Shown piece after piece: positions 1-9,411 of a stretch of 42,286 nucleotides of DNA. A program made the position numbers and the translations under genes. The notes under the pieces are model-generated. The model was given only the letters and a program-made list of their open reading frames with translations, did no database searches and had not been told where the DNA came from. Every line of letters begins with the position of its first letter. The first letter of the stretch is position 1. Source of the stretch: Candidatus Treponema scatequi (GTDB lineage Bacteria > Spirochaetota > Spirochaetia > Treponematales > Treponemataceae); the NCBI GenBank assembly GCA_018066075.1, contig JAGHSB010000075.1, forward strand, positions 1-42,286. Reading direction: 5' to 3'.

Positions 1-15
1 TATTAATTGTTAAAT

Positions 16-57
16 AAAAACAGTTCATGATGTATAATATCTTGAACTGTTTTTTTT
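16..57 (+). terminator. Rho-independent terminator of an upstream transcript outside the window (possibly bidirectional)
   Basis: AAAAACAGTTCA (16-27) pairs with TGAACTGTTTTT (43-54); inner stem GATGT/ATATC; T-run to 57. Confidence 0.7.
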
Positions 58-63
58 ATGCCC

Positions 64-92
64 TTTACATTTTCCAACTAACTTACTAAAAT
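64..92 (+). promoter_or_regulatory. Sigma70-type promoter for the leader peptide/paaK operon
   Basis: TTTACA (64-69), 17-nt spacer, TAAAAT (87-92); the predicted +1 is about the ATG at 99. Confidence 0.6.
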
Positions 93-98
93 ATAATC

Positions 99-182
99 AT
101 GTTAAATAACACAAAGGCTTTCGCCTTTTTTAACATCCTCAGTTTTCTCTTTACTTTAAGCTTCGCCAGTTGGCGAGTATAA
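99..182 (+). CDS. Putative Phe-rich leader peptide, 27 aa (MLNNTKAFAFFNILSFLFTLSFASWRV)
   Basis: ATG at 99, TAA at 180-182; 6 Phe and 1 Trp codons; lies between the promoter and paaK and overlaps the hairpin TCGCC-AGTT-GGCGA (163-176). Confidence 0.5.
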   Translation: MLNNTKAFAFFNILSFLFTLSFASWRV

Positions 183-266
183 TTTCTTTTTTTGTGCAAC
201 GAGCTTTTTTAGCCGTACACGGTAACCATTCAAATTAACGAACTTCCCTTTAAGGACAATAAAACT

Positions 267-1574
267 ATGTGTGAAAAATATTATCAGAAAGAATATGAAA
301 CAATGCCGCGCGAAGAGATTCGTGAACTTCAGTCAAAGAGACTTGCAGAACAGTTCCGCCATGTTTATGAAAATGTAGAATATTACCGCGAACGCTGCAA
401 ACAAGCCGGCGTAACACCAGACGACATCAAATCAATCGACGACCTTGATAAAATTCCATTTACATGCAAAGACGATTTAAGACAGACTTATCCGTACGGA
501 CTTTTCGCCGTTCCGATGAAAGATGTAGTTCGTCTTCATGCTTCAAGTGGAACTACAGGCAAGCAGATTGTTGTGGGTTATACAAAAGGTGACCTTGATA
601 TCTGGGAAGATATTTGTGCGCGTCAGCTTGTTGCAATCGGTGCGAGTGCGGGAGACTTTTTGCACAACGCATACGGTTATGGTTTGTTTACTGGTGGTTT
701 TGGAATTCACGGCGGCGCGACAAAACTTGGTTGTACTGTAATTCCAATCAGCGCAGGAAATACTCAGCGACAGATTGCAGTTATGCACGATTTTGGTTCG
801 AGCGTTTTGTGCTGTACTCCGTCGTATGCTGCTTATCTTGGTGAGACATTGAAAGAGATGGGACTCGGTCCTGATTATATTAAACTTAAAGCCGGAATCT
901 TTGGTGCAGAACCTTGGACAGAAGAAATGCGAAAGAGCATTGAAAAATCACTCGGAATCAAAGCGTATGACATTTATGGTTTGACAGAAGTTATGGGACC
1001 TGGTGTTGCCTACGAATGTTCTGAGCAGAATGGAATGCACGTCAACGAAGATCACTTCATCGTTGAAACGATCGATCCAAAAACTGGAAAGAGACTTCCT
1101 GACGGAGAAAAAGGAGAACTTGTTTTCACTGCTCTTACAAAAAAAGCATTTCCGCTTTTGAGATTCCGTACAAAAGACATCGGTGTTTTAAATACAGTAA
1201 AATGTTCATGCGGAAGAACTTTCATCCGTATGTCAAAACCGATGGGAAGAACAGACGATATGCTCATCATTCGCGGCGTAAATGTTTTCCCGAGTCAGAT
1301 CGAAGAAGTTTTGTTAAAGCAGGGTTATACTTCAAACTATCAGATTATTGTTGGCCGCGAAAATAACAACGATACATTCGAAGTAAAAGTAGAAATGACA
1401 CCTGATAAATTCTCAGATGTAATCGCAGAAGTTAAGGCAGAAGAAAATAAACTTTCAAATGCACTTTTGACAATTCTTCAGATCAAGGCTAAAGTAACAT
1501 TAGTAGCACCAAAGTCAATCGAGCGTTCAGAAGGAAAAGCAAAGCGTGTAATTGATACACGAAAACTCATTTAA
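267..1574 (+). CDS. paaK: Phenylacetate-CoA ligase (ANL adenylate-forming family)
   Basis: HASSGTTG P-loop, YGYGLFTGG, GAEPW, DIYGLTE, GRTDDMLIIRGVNVFPSQIE and terminal GKAKRVID motifs. Confidence 0.92.
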   Translation: MCEKYYQKEYETMPREEIRELQSKRLAEQFRHVYENVEYYRERCKQAGVTPDDIKSIDDLDKIPFTCKDDLRQTYPYGLFAVPMKDVVRLHASSGTTGKQIVVGYTKGDLDIWEDICARQLVAIGASAGDFLHNAYGYGLFTGGFGIHGGATKLGCTVIPISAGNTQRQIAVMHDFGSSVLCCTPSYAAYLGETLKEMGLGPDYIKLKAGIFGAEPWTEEMRKSIEKSLGIKAYDIYGLTEVMGPGVAYECSEQNGMHVNEDHFIVETIDPKTGKRLPDGEKGELVFTALTKKAFPLLRFRTKDIGVLNTVKCSCGRTFIRMSKPMGRTDDMLIIRGVNVFPSQIEEVLLKQGYTSNYQIIVGRENNNDTFEVKVEMTPDKFSDVIAEVKAEENKLSNALLTILQIKAKVTLVAPKSIERSEGKAKRVIDTRKLI

Positions 1575-1604
1575 CCAGCGATGTGGTTTTAGAAGGAGAA
1601 AAAA

Positions 1605-2036
1605 ATGGCGATTAAACAGATTTCAATTTTTCTTGAAAACAAACAGGGAACTCTCGTAAAAATTACACAGACTTTCACAGACCTTAAAGTTAACCTTCGC
1701 GCAATGTCGCTCGCAGATTCTACTGACTTTGGAATTGCCAGAATCATCGTCGATAACCCGGAAGAGTTTTCTGATGAACTTACTAAAAAAGATTACATAG
1801 TAAAAATCAACGAAGTACTTGCCATCGAAATTCCAGATGAAGTCGGAAGCTTGAATAAGATTCTTCGTCTTCTTGCCGAAAATGACCGCAATGTTGAATA
1901 CATGTATGGTTTTACAGGCAAAAAGACCGGAAGTGCATATATGATCATGCGAACAACTGATGTCGAAAAAGCGCAGTCTGTCCTTAAATCAAACGGAATT
2001 CGCGTTCTCGAACAGAAAGAATTGCAGGAAATCTAA
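1605..2036 (+). CDS. ACT-domain amino-acid-binding protein (tandem ACT), typical PaaK neighbour in anaerobes
   Basis: KQISIFLENKQG...NLRAMSLAD..FGIARIIV; second ACT repeat PDEVGSL; SD AAGGAG upstream. Confidence 0.88.
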   Translation: MAIKQISIFLENKQGTLVKITQTFTDLKVNLRAMSLADSTDFGIARIIVDNPEEFSDELTKKDYIVKINEVLAIEIPDEVGSLNKILRLLAENDRNVEYMYGFTGKKTGSAYMIMRTTDVEKAQSVLKSNGIRVLEQKELQEI

Positions 2037-2114
2037 ATCTTTTTTTCAAAATATCTATCGGGATTCCTTTTATTCTGTAGTTTTTTATAGCACAATGTTG
2101 TAAAATATTATGTT

Positions 2115-4010
2115 ATGCAAAATGAAAATAATGAGTCCCGAGTTTTAAATCCTCTTATCGTTCAAAGTGACAGAAGCATTTTGATGGACGTTCATGCACC
2201 TCGTGCAGAAGAATGCCGCAATGCCCTGATTCCATTTGCAGAACTCGAACGCTCTCCTGAACATTTGCATACTTACCGCCTCACTCCGCTTTCATTGTGG
2301 AATGCAACGAGTGCCGGTTTTACTTTTTCAGATGTTATTAAAGTTTTGAGGGAATTTTCCCGCTTTGATGTCCCTGAATCAGTTGAAGTCTGGATTGAAG
2401 AAACAGCAGGCAAATTTGGAAAAATAAAACTGATTCCTGCACCAGAAGAGATTTCAGATAAACAGAATGAAATTAATTCTGAAGATTTGGAAAGCGTTGA
2501 TGAAAATTCCACTAAACCAAAAATCAAAGTCGAATACTTATTACTTCAAACCGCTTCAAAAGCAATTTACAAACAGCTCGACACAAATCCATTGTTGAAA
2601 AAATATCTGTTGCCTTGCGAAATTGAAAACTCATTTGCACTTTTACTCACAGACCGCGGAACAGTAAAACAGAAATTAATCGAACTCGGATGGCCTGTTA
2701 AAGATGAAGTTCCGCTTTGTGACGGTGATCCGTTTGAAATTAATCTTCGCGAAAAATCTCTTTCAGGAAAAGAATTTGAAATCCGTGATTATCAGAAAGA
2801 GGCTGCAAAAGCGATTGTCGGTGACAAAGGTCCGGGCTCTGGATTTGGAACAATCGTTCTTCCATGCGGTGCAGGTAAGACAATCGTCGGAATTGAAATC
2901 ATGTCGATGCTTAAGACAAACACTTTGATCATTTCGACAAACATTACTTCAGTTCATCAATGGATTGAAGAATTAAAAGATAAAACAGATATTAATCCTG
3001 ATGACATTTCTGAATACACAGGTGAATCAAAAACTATTAAACCGGTTACAGTTGCAACTTATCAGATTTTAACCTGGCGTCCTGAAAAGACAGAACCTTA
3101 TCCGCACTTCAGTATTTTTCGCGAGAGAAACTGGGGTCTTATTATTTACGATGAAGTTCATCTTTTGCCGGCTCCTGTGTTCCGTGTTGTTGCAGAGCTT
3201 CAGGCTGTTCGCCGTGTCGGTTTGACAGCGACTCTCGTTCGTGAAGACGGATGTCAGGGTTATGTTTTTTCTCTCGTTGGACCAAAGCGCTACGATGTTC
3301 CATGGAAAGAACTTGAACACACTGGCTGGATTGCAAAAGCAGAATGCATCGAAGTACGACTCGACCTTTCTGAAAAAGATGAATTTGAATATGCAGTTGC
3401 ACTTCCACGCGAAAAACATCGTATTGCAAGTGAAAACTGCGTAAAAGTAAAAATCGTTCAGGAACTTGTAGAAAAATTTAAGGACGATAAGATTTTAATT
3501 ATTGGCCAGTATCTTTCGCAGCTCGATGAAATTGCAAAACTTTTAAATGTGCCGATCATCACAGGTAAAACAAAAAATGCTGACCGCGATGCAATCTATT
3601 CTGATTTCAGAAACGGAAAGATCCGTGTTCTCGTCGTTTCAAAAGTTGCAAACTTTGCAGTAGACCTTCCTGATGCCTCGATGGCAATTCAGGTAAGCGG
3701 AACTTTTGGAAGCCGTCAGGAAGAAGCTCAGCGCCTTGGCCGTATTTTAAGACCAAAAGAAAGAACATCAAGATTCTTCACTTTGATTACACGCAACACA
3801 GTCGAAGAAGATTTCGGTTCAAACAGACAGAAATTTCTCGCAGAACAGGGCTATACTTATCGCATTGTAAAATACGCAGATGCAAGTTCATTTGATGGAA
3901 TTGTGGACGACGCAGAAAAGATTGACGGGGCACGCGAAGGGATGCGTGGCGTTGAAATGAATGACAGTTCTGATTTTGAGATCTCTTCTCAGTCAGGAGG
4001 TTCTGTATGA
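2115..4010 (+). CDS. xpb: XPB/Rad25-family SF2 DNA helicase
   Basis: N-terminal PLIVQSD..AELERSPEHLHTYRLTPLSLWNA; Walker A LPCGAGKT; DEVH; LTAT; GSRQEEAQRLGRILR. Confidence 0.92.
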   Translation: MQNENNESRVLNPLIVQSDRSILMDVHAPRAEECRNALIPFAELERSPEHLHTYRLTPLSLWNATSAGFTFSDVIKVLREFSRFDVPESVEVWIEETAGKFGKIKLIPAPEEISDKQNEINSEDLESVDENSTKPKIKVEYLLLQTASKAIYKQLDTNPLLKKYLLPCEIENSFALLLTDRGTVKQKLIELGWPVKDEVPLCDGDPFEINLREKSLSGKEFEIRDYQKEAAKAIVGDKGPGSGFGTIVLPCGAGKTIVGIEIMSMLKTNTLIISTNITSVHQWIEELKDKTDINPDDISEYTGESKTIKPVTVATYQILTWRPEKTEPYPHFSIFRERNWGLIIYDEVHLLPAPVFRVVAELQAVRRVGLTATLVREDGCQGYVFSLVGPKRYDVPWKELEHTGWIAKAECIEVRLDLSEKDEFEYAVALPREKHRIASENCVKVKIVQELVEKFKDDKILIIGQYLSQLDEIAKLLNVPIITGKTKNADRDAIYSDFRNGKIRVLVVSKVANFAVDLPDASMAIQVSGTFGSRQEEAQRLGRILRPKERTSRFFTLITRNTVEEDFGSNRQKFLAEQGYTYRIVKYADASSFDGIVDDAEKIDGAREGMRGVEMNDSSDFEISSQSGGSV

Positions 4011-6157
4011 TAAATCGCGAACCTCTTATGAGCGAACATGCAAAAAAAGTTCTCAGATGGCGCGAAAGTTTTTTACTTTTAGAAGAGAACCGTTTTTTTG
4101 AAATAATGCGAATGTATCTTGGAGAAATTAAAACTCCGTATAATAAACAAAAATTAATTGAAAGCCTTTCTGCATTTTTCAGAAAAAGAGAAAATCTTGT
4201 TGCAGTAAAAAGTTTTTTGACAAAAGAAGAAATTGAAATCATTTGTGCAATCGTTTTCATTCCTGATGCGACAGAATCAAAGCTTATAAACTTTTTTGAA
4301 AACAGTTTTACATATTCATTTTTATACGAAACGCTTCGCAATCTCGAAGAACGACTTATTATTTTTTCAAGCAAAACTGAATACAACGAAGAATGCATCG
4401 AACTTGCTCCGATCTTTGACGAAGCATTTTACGATTTGATAAACATAAAAAATCTTTTGCCCGAAATCGAATACACAGAAAAAGAAAGTGAAATCTCTGT
4501 AATTACACCCGAGTTCATTTCTTGTTTTACATCTTATGTAATTGAAAATCCAAACATCGCAAAGCAGGACGGAACTCTTAAAAAACATACTCTCGAAACA
4601 GCAAGCTTGATTTTTGGTCTGCAGAAAAACAGACTTTCTGTTTTGTACAGTTCGTTTTTAAATCTTTCGATTTTAAAAGAAAGCGGCAAGGGTGTCGAAA
4701 TTGACTGGAGCAAGCTCTATCAGTTTGTAAATCAGAGTTTTATCGAACAGATTGTTTACATTGCAGTTTCGAGCACAGGTCATTTTAGCCGCGACAGTCT
4801 TCGCGTTCAGGCGCAGACGCTCATTGATACATTTGTAAATCTTGGGGACATCGCATTTACGAGAGATTTATTTTTGAGAACAGGTTTTCTTGTGGCTGCG
4901 CGTCCGAGGGATGTTGAAGTTTCAAAGGGAATCGGCGCTGGTCGTTTTGCGAAAATGATTTCAGAAAGCCGTGCGAGAATTGCAGGTGTTTCGAATGTGG
5001 ATGCTGCAGGGTTTGCGACAGCCGGTGGTCTGGATCGTGTTTTTGATGTTGCGCTTGCGTTAGGTTTGATTTATGAGTGTGGAACTTCTGAAAACGGATC
5101 CCCAGTTTACAAACGCGGCCTCGATTTTAACAAATCAAAATCAGAATCACAAACCGCATCCGAAAATTCCACAAGTCTCCGCGGAATGATCAACATCGAA
5201 GCCGGAATGGAATTAAATCTCATGCCTGGTTTTGCGGTAAAAGATTTTATCGAGCTTACAAAATTTATTTCGCTCAAAAGAGTTGATACTGTCTGTTCAT
5301 TCTCGATTTCGCGACAGAGCATAATGCGCGGATTTGATTCTGGACTTACATCTGAAAAAATAATTTCACTTTTGAAAGAAAGAGCTTCATATGAAATTCC
5401 GGAAACGCTTTTAGTGCAGATCGAAGAATGGAGTGCATCTTATTCGATGGCTTCTTTCTACAAAGGATTTGTACTCAAGCTCGAAGGAAAAGCTGCGATG
5501 GTTGCAGAACACAACAGCATTCTTGCTCCGCATATTCATACAGTCATCGCACCAGGAATTTTTCTTCTTGATGTTAAAGATGATGCTGAGGCAATGGAAC
5601 TCATCAAGGCAAGCGGTCTTGATTTTATCGGAAAAATCAAAACTGCAAAAACAGAAAATGAAAGTCTTGAGTTTATGAAGCTCAATCTTTATGGCAAAAA
5701 AATTGATGATAATTCGGGACTTGATAAACCTGATGAAATTATCGAAACAGAGAGTTCTGAAGAAATTGAAAAAAATCTTTATGCAGAACTCGACAAACTT
5801 TCTCTCGATGCAGAACAGCGTGACAGTCTAGAACTTAGAATCGATCACAAAGTAATCGTCAATCCATCTCAGTTAAATACAAATGTCATTCGTCTTGAAC
5901 GAATCAGTGCTGACGGAATGGACTTTGCCGGAAAAGTTTATGTCGTTGAACAGGCAATTAAATGTGAAGAGAACATCGAACTTCAGTTTGGACAAAATGG
6001 TCTGATTGTTTTCGGTCTTCCTGTTGCGCTTACAAAACGACGCGATGAAACTTATGTCGAAATGAATTTGATTCCTGAAAATGTAATTCGTGAATATGAA
6101 ATTGGGAAAGCAAGTTCGGTAAAACGAATCAGAAAAAATATTTATCGCGATAGATAG
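4007..6157 (+). CDS. XPB-associated protein with an XPB/Ssl2-like helicase-associated domain and a probable C-terminal WYL-like domain
   Basis: ATGA overlap with the xpb stop; FSISRQSIMRGFDSGLTSEKIISLLKERASYEIPETLLVQIEEW resembles the XPB N-terminal-like domain; C-terminal EQAIK..IELQF..LPVAL..IREYEIGKASSV resembles WYL. Confidence 0.7.
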   Translation: MINREPLMSEHAKKVLRWRESFLLLEENRFFEIMRMYLGEIKTPYNKQKLIESLSAFFRKRENLVAVKSFLTKEEIEIICAIVFIPDATESKLINFFENSFTYSFLYETLRNLEERLIIFSSKTEYNEECIELAPIFDEAFYDLINIKNLLPEIEYTEKESEISVITPEFISCFTSYVIENPNIAKQDGTLKKHTLETASLIFGLQKNRLSVLYSSFLNLSILKESGKGVEIDWSKLYQFVNQSFIEQIVYIAVSSTGHFSRDSLRVQAQTLIDTFVNLGDIAFTRDLFLRTGFLVAARPRDVEVSKGIGAGRFAKMISESRARIAGVSNVDAAGFATAGGLDRVFDVALALGLIYECGTSENGSPVYKRGLDFNKSKSESQTASENSTSLRGMINIEAGMELNLMPGFAVKDFIELTKFISLKRVDTVCSFSISRQSIMRGFDSGLTSEKIISLLKERASYEIPETLLVQIEEWSASYSMASFYKGFVLKLEGKAAMVAEHNSILAPHIHTVIAPGIFLLDVKDDAEAMELIKASGLDFIGKIKTAKTENESLEFMKLNLYGKKIDDNSGLDKPDEIIETESSEEIEKNLYAELDKLSLDAEQRDSLELRIDHKVIVNPSQLNTNVIRLERISADGMDFAGKVYVVEQAIKCEENIELQFGQNGLIVFGLPVALTKRRDETYVEMNLIPENVIREYEIGKASSVKRIRKNIYRDR

Positions 6158-6180
6158 TTTTTAATAGAGAGGAGATGAGA

Positions 6181-7125
6181 ATGATAAAAACTGTTGTGAA
6201 CGTTGACCTTCCGATTGATGAAAAACTTTTGATTAAAAAGAAAGTTCTTTGTCCGACTGGTGTCAGTGAAAATGATCCGAAAGGCGACAGAAAGAAAATC
6301 AGTATCGTAACTGGAATTCATGGCGACGAACTTGAAGGGCAGCTCATCTGTTTTGAAGTTCAGAAAAGAATTAACGAACATCCTGAGTTTTTAAAAGGAA
6401 TCGTTGATATCTATCCGGCTCTCAATCCTCTCGGAATAGATTCCATCTCTCGAACAATTCCCGCTTTTGACATGGACATGAATAAAACTTTCCCGGGCAC
6501 TCGCGACGGCACAATGGTTGAGTTTATTGCATCAACCATAATGCAGGACCTCAAAGAAGCAGACTTCGTTGTCGACATTCACGCGTCAAGTATCTTTATC
6601 AGAGAGCTTCCGCAGGTACGAATTCCACTTAAATTTAAAGACAAACTCATAGACAAATGCCGGTTTATGAATCTTGATTTGATCTGGGCATACAACAGTT
6701 CGAGCGTTCAGGAAAATTCCCTTGCATACAGTTTAAACGAAAGTGGAATTGATGCGGTCGTAATTGATATGGGAATTGCGATGGCGTGTACGAAAAATTA
6801 TTGCGAGCAGGTGACTGACGGTTTGTTTGCATTGATGAGTCATCTTGGAATTTGGGAAGGCCCTGTTTCTGAGACAAAAAAATCGATATATGCAGAAAAT
6901 ACGGAAGCAGTTGAGGTTCTCAGTTCTGCAATTGCAGGAATGTTTGTTCGCGAAGTTGAATGCGGAAGTCATGTTGAAAAAAATCAGCTTCTCGGAAGAA
7001 TTATTGATCCGCTGAATGGAACTGTAAAAGAAGAAGTTCTTGCTCCTGAAAGCGGACTCCTGTTTACTATCAGGGAATATCCTGTTGTTGAAGTTGGTTC
7101 TTTAATCGGGAGAATACTTGTATGA
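6181..7125 (+). CDS. M14 succinylglutamate desuccinylase/aspartoacylase-family protein with a C-terminal lipoyl-like barrel (copy A)
   Basis: GIHGDE, DMNKTFPG and VDIH motifs; SD GAGGAG at 6169-6174 favours ATG 6181 over 6175. Confidence 0.85.
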   Translation: MIKTVVNVDLPIDEKLLIKKKVLCPTGVSENDPKGDRKKISIVTGIHGDELEGQLICFEVQKRINEHPEFLKGIVDIYPALNPLGIDSISRTIPAFDMDMNKTFPGTRDGTMVEFIASTIMQDLKEADFVVDIHASSIFIRELPQVRIPLKFKDKLIDKCRFMNLDLIWAYNSSSVQENSLAYSLNESGIDAVVIDMGIAMACTKNYCEQVTDGLFALMSHLGIWEGPVSETKKSIYAENTEAVEVLSSAIAGMFVREVECGSHVEKNQLLGRIIDPLNGTVKEEVLAPESGLLFTIREYPVVEVGSLIGRILV

Positions 7126-8057
7126 GAGAGATAAATCTTTTCCAGATGGGCGGTCTTTACCGCGATGATTTTAATGTAAAGGGATTTGTTTTTGGCAGCG
7201 GTAAAAAATCAGTCTGCATTGTCGGCCCGACCCGAGGAAATGAATATCAGCAGCAGTTTATCGCTTCAAGAATCGTAAAACGGCTCAAAGAACTTGAAGA
7301 GGCCGGAGAAATAAACGAAGGCTATGAAATAATGGTAATTCCGAGTACGAATCCATATTCGATGAATACAAAGAAGAAATTCTGGTCTATCGACAGTACA
7401 GACATGAACAGAATGTTTCCCGGAAGGTCCAACGGTGTAACAACAGAAATCATAGCCAAAAATGTTTATGATGCCACAAAGGATTATGAATACGGAATCC
7501 AGTTTGCAGCATTGATTACTTCGGGGTCTTTTTTGCCTCATGTACGCATTTTTAAGTCTGAGCTCGAATATTCTGAATGTGCAACAGACTTTATGATGCC
7601 ATACGTAGTAACCAGCAATCCTCATCCGGACGAAAGAAGAACTCTCAATTATTCTTGGCAGCTTTCCGGAGTGAAAGCATTTAGTATTTATTCCACTTCT
7701 ACAGACGAAATCGACAGAAATTCGGCTCATCTCGTGCTCCGTTCTGTTTTGCTTTTTATGAAAAACAGGGGTATAATTAATACGGAGATTTTAGGCGGTT
7801 ATGAGTCGGATGTTCTGTCAGAAACAGATGATATCATCTCTGTAAGGACTCCTGCTGCAGGATTTTTTGTTTCAAAAGTTAAAGTTGGATTTGAAGTTTC
7901 AAAAGGCGATCTTCTCGCAGAAATTCATGATCCGTTTACTGATGAAATAATCTCAGAAATATTTGCACCAGCTTCTGGTGTAGTTTTCTTTATGCATTCT
8001 GCTCCAATGACTTATAGCCATACCGCTGTGTTTAAATTAATAATTAAAAATTGTTGA
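7122..8057 (+). CDS. M14 desuccinylase/aspartoacylase-family paralogue lacking the Zn-binding His residues (copy B)
   Basis: TRGNE in place of HGxE; DMNRMFPG; GIQFAA in place of DxH; ATGA overlap with copy A. Confidence 0.8.
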   Translation: MREINLFQMGGLYRDDFNVKGFVFGSGKKSVCIVGPTRGNEYQQQFIASRIVKRLKELEEAGEINEGYEIMVIPSTNPYSMNTKKKFWSIDSTDMNRMFPGRSNGVTTEIIAKNVYDATKDYEYGIQFAALITSGSFLPHVRIFKSELEYSECATDFMMPYVVTSNPHPDERRTLNYSWQLSGVKAFSIYSTSTDEIDRNSAHLVLRSVLLFMKNRGIINTEILGGYESDVLSETDDIISVRTPAAGFFVSKVKVGFEVSKGDLLAEIHDPFTDEIISEIFAPASGVVFFMHSAPMTYSHTAVFKLIIKNC

Positions 8058-8084
8058 AAAAAATCTTACTTTTAAGGGCGTGGC

Positions 8085-9407
8085 ATGAATTACAATATTG
8101 AATTTCAAATTGCCAGTATAATTTTTATTTCAACATTAATGGTTGTATTTTTCTCGAAACGCAGATGGTCTTCTCCTGCAAATTATGTATTCAGATTTGT
8201 AATGATTCTGACATTTGCAACTCTCGCACTTGATATAGCAAGCGTAATTACAATCACAAAGTTTATTGCCGGTAATGAAAAAATTTCTGGTCTGAATACT
8301 TTCCTTTCAAAAACATATCTCATCGTAATGACAGCATATATCGTTTCAATTGACATCTATGTAATCACAAATACACTTTATTCGAAGATTTCACAGAGAC
8401 ACCTTACATGGAAGTATGTCGAGGCAATCGTTTTCATCATCGGTTTTGTAATCGGAACAATTGTAATCATCAACACTCCGCTTTTATACGGTGGAACTGG
8501 TAAATACATTTATTCTTTCGGAACACCTTCAAATGTTGTCTATACGATTTCTTCTTTGTCTGTAGTGTTCGTACTTTGTGTAATGCTTACTAATCTTAAA
8601 AAAGTTTCGTTAAAGAGATTTATTCCGATTATTATTTTCTGCTGCACACAGGGCGCAATTGCATTGATTCAGATGTATAACCGCGACCTTTTGATTGTCG
8701 GACTTGGTACTGCAATTACATGTCTTGTAATGTATTTTGGTCTTGAAAACCCTGACATGAACATGATCGAAGAATTGAACAGCGCAAACAAGCGCTCACG
8801 CGATTTGATCATGAATGTTCTTCCGCTTTCGATTGCAAATAAAATTGATTACAACATGGAACCTGTTTTTGAAGAGTTTGACAATGTTTCTGTTTTATTT
8901 ATGAATATTGCTAATTTTACAAAAATTGCTTCAGAAATCGGTGAAATAAAACTTGCAAAACATCTTCATGCATTTTTTGAAGATCTTGATGCTGTTTCTT
9001 CTCATTACAGAATTGCAAAAATTAAATCTGTAAGTGATTCTTACGTTGTTGTTTCTGGTGTTCCTGACAAATATGAAAACACTTGTGAAGAAACGATTAA
9101 GTTTGGGCTTGAAATTCTCAGGGATCTTAAAACTTTCAATGAGAAAAATAAAACAGATTTGAAAGTTAAAATTGGAATTCACAGCGGAAGGGCAGTGGCA
9201 ACTGAATTCGGAAAGAAAAAGTTTGTATATAATTTGTGGGGCGATACAGTTGATTTAGCTTCGCGCATTGTCCACGAAGGAAAAATAAATGGTATTACAG
9301 TGTCTGAACGCGTAAAATCTACTCTTGGCTCAAGATATGATTTTGAAAATCATGGTTCAGTTGAATTTAAAGGATTTGGTAATGTTAAGACATTTGTAAT
9401 TAAATAG
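8085..9407 (+). CDS. Multi-TM membrane protein with a class III adenylate/guanylate cyclase-like domain (degenerate)
   Basis: About 7 hydrophobic segments, then LIMNVLP, VSVLFMNIANFT, KIKSVSDSY, KIGIHSG, YNLWGDTVDLASR, VEFKGFG. Confidence 0.85.
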   Translation: MNYNIEFQIASIIFISTLMVVFFSKRRWSSPANYVFRFVMILTFATLALDIASVITITKFIAGNEKISGLNTFLSKTYLIVMTAYIVSIDIYVITNTLYSKISQRHLTWKYVEAIVFIIGFVIGTIVIINTPLLYGGTGKYIYSFGTPSNVVYTISSLSVVFVLCVMLTNLKKVSLKRFIPIIIFCCTQGAIALIQMYNRDLLIVGLGTAITCLVMYFGLENPDMNMIEELNSANKRSRDLIMNVLPLSIANKIDYNMEPVFEEFDNVSVLFMNIANFTKIASEIGEIKLAKHLHAFFEDLDAVSSHYRIAKIKSVSDSYVVVSGVPDKYENTCEETIKFGLEILRDLKTFNEKNKTDLKVKIGIHSGRAVATEFGKKKFVYNLWGDTVDLASRIVHEGKINGITVSERVKSTLGSRYDFENHGSVEFKGFGNVKTFVIK

Positions 9408-9411
9408 AGAG

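Noticed and set aside
3787-4398. 203-aa minus-strand ORF across the xpb/partner junction
   Set aside because: Overlaps two well-supported plus-strand genes and shows no family features.
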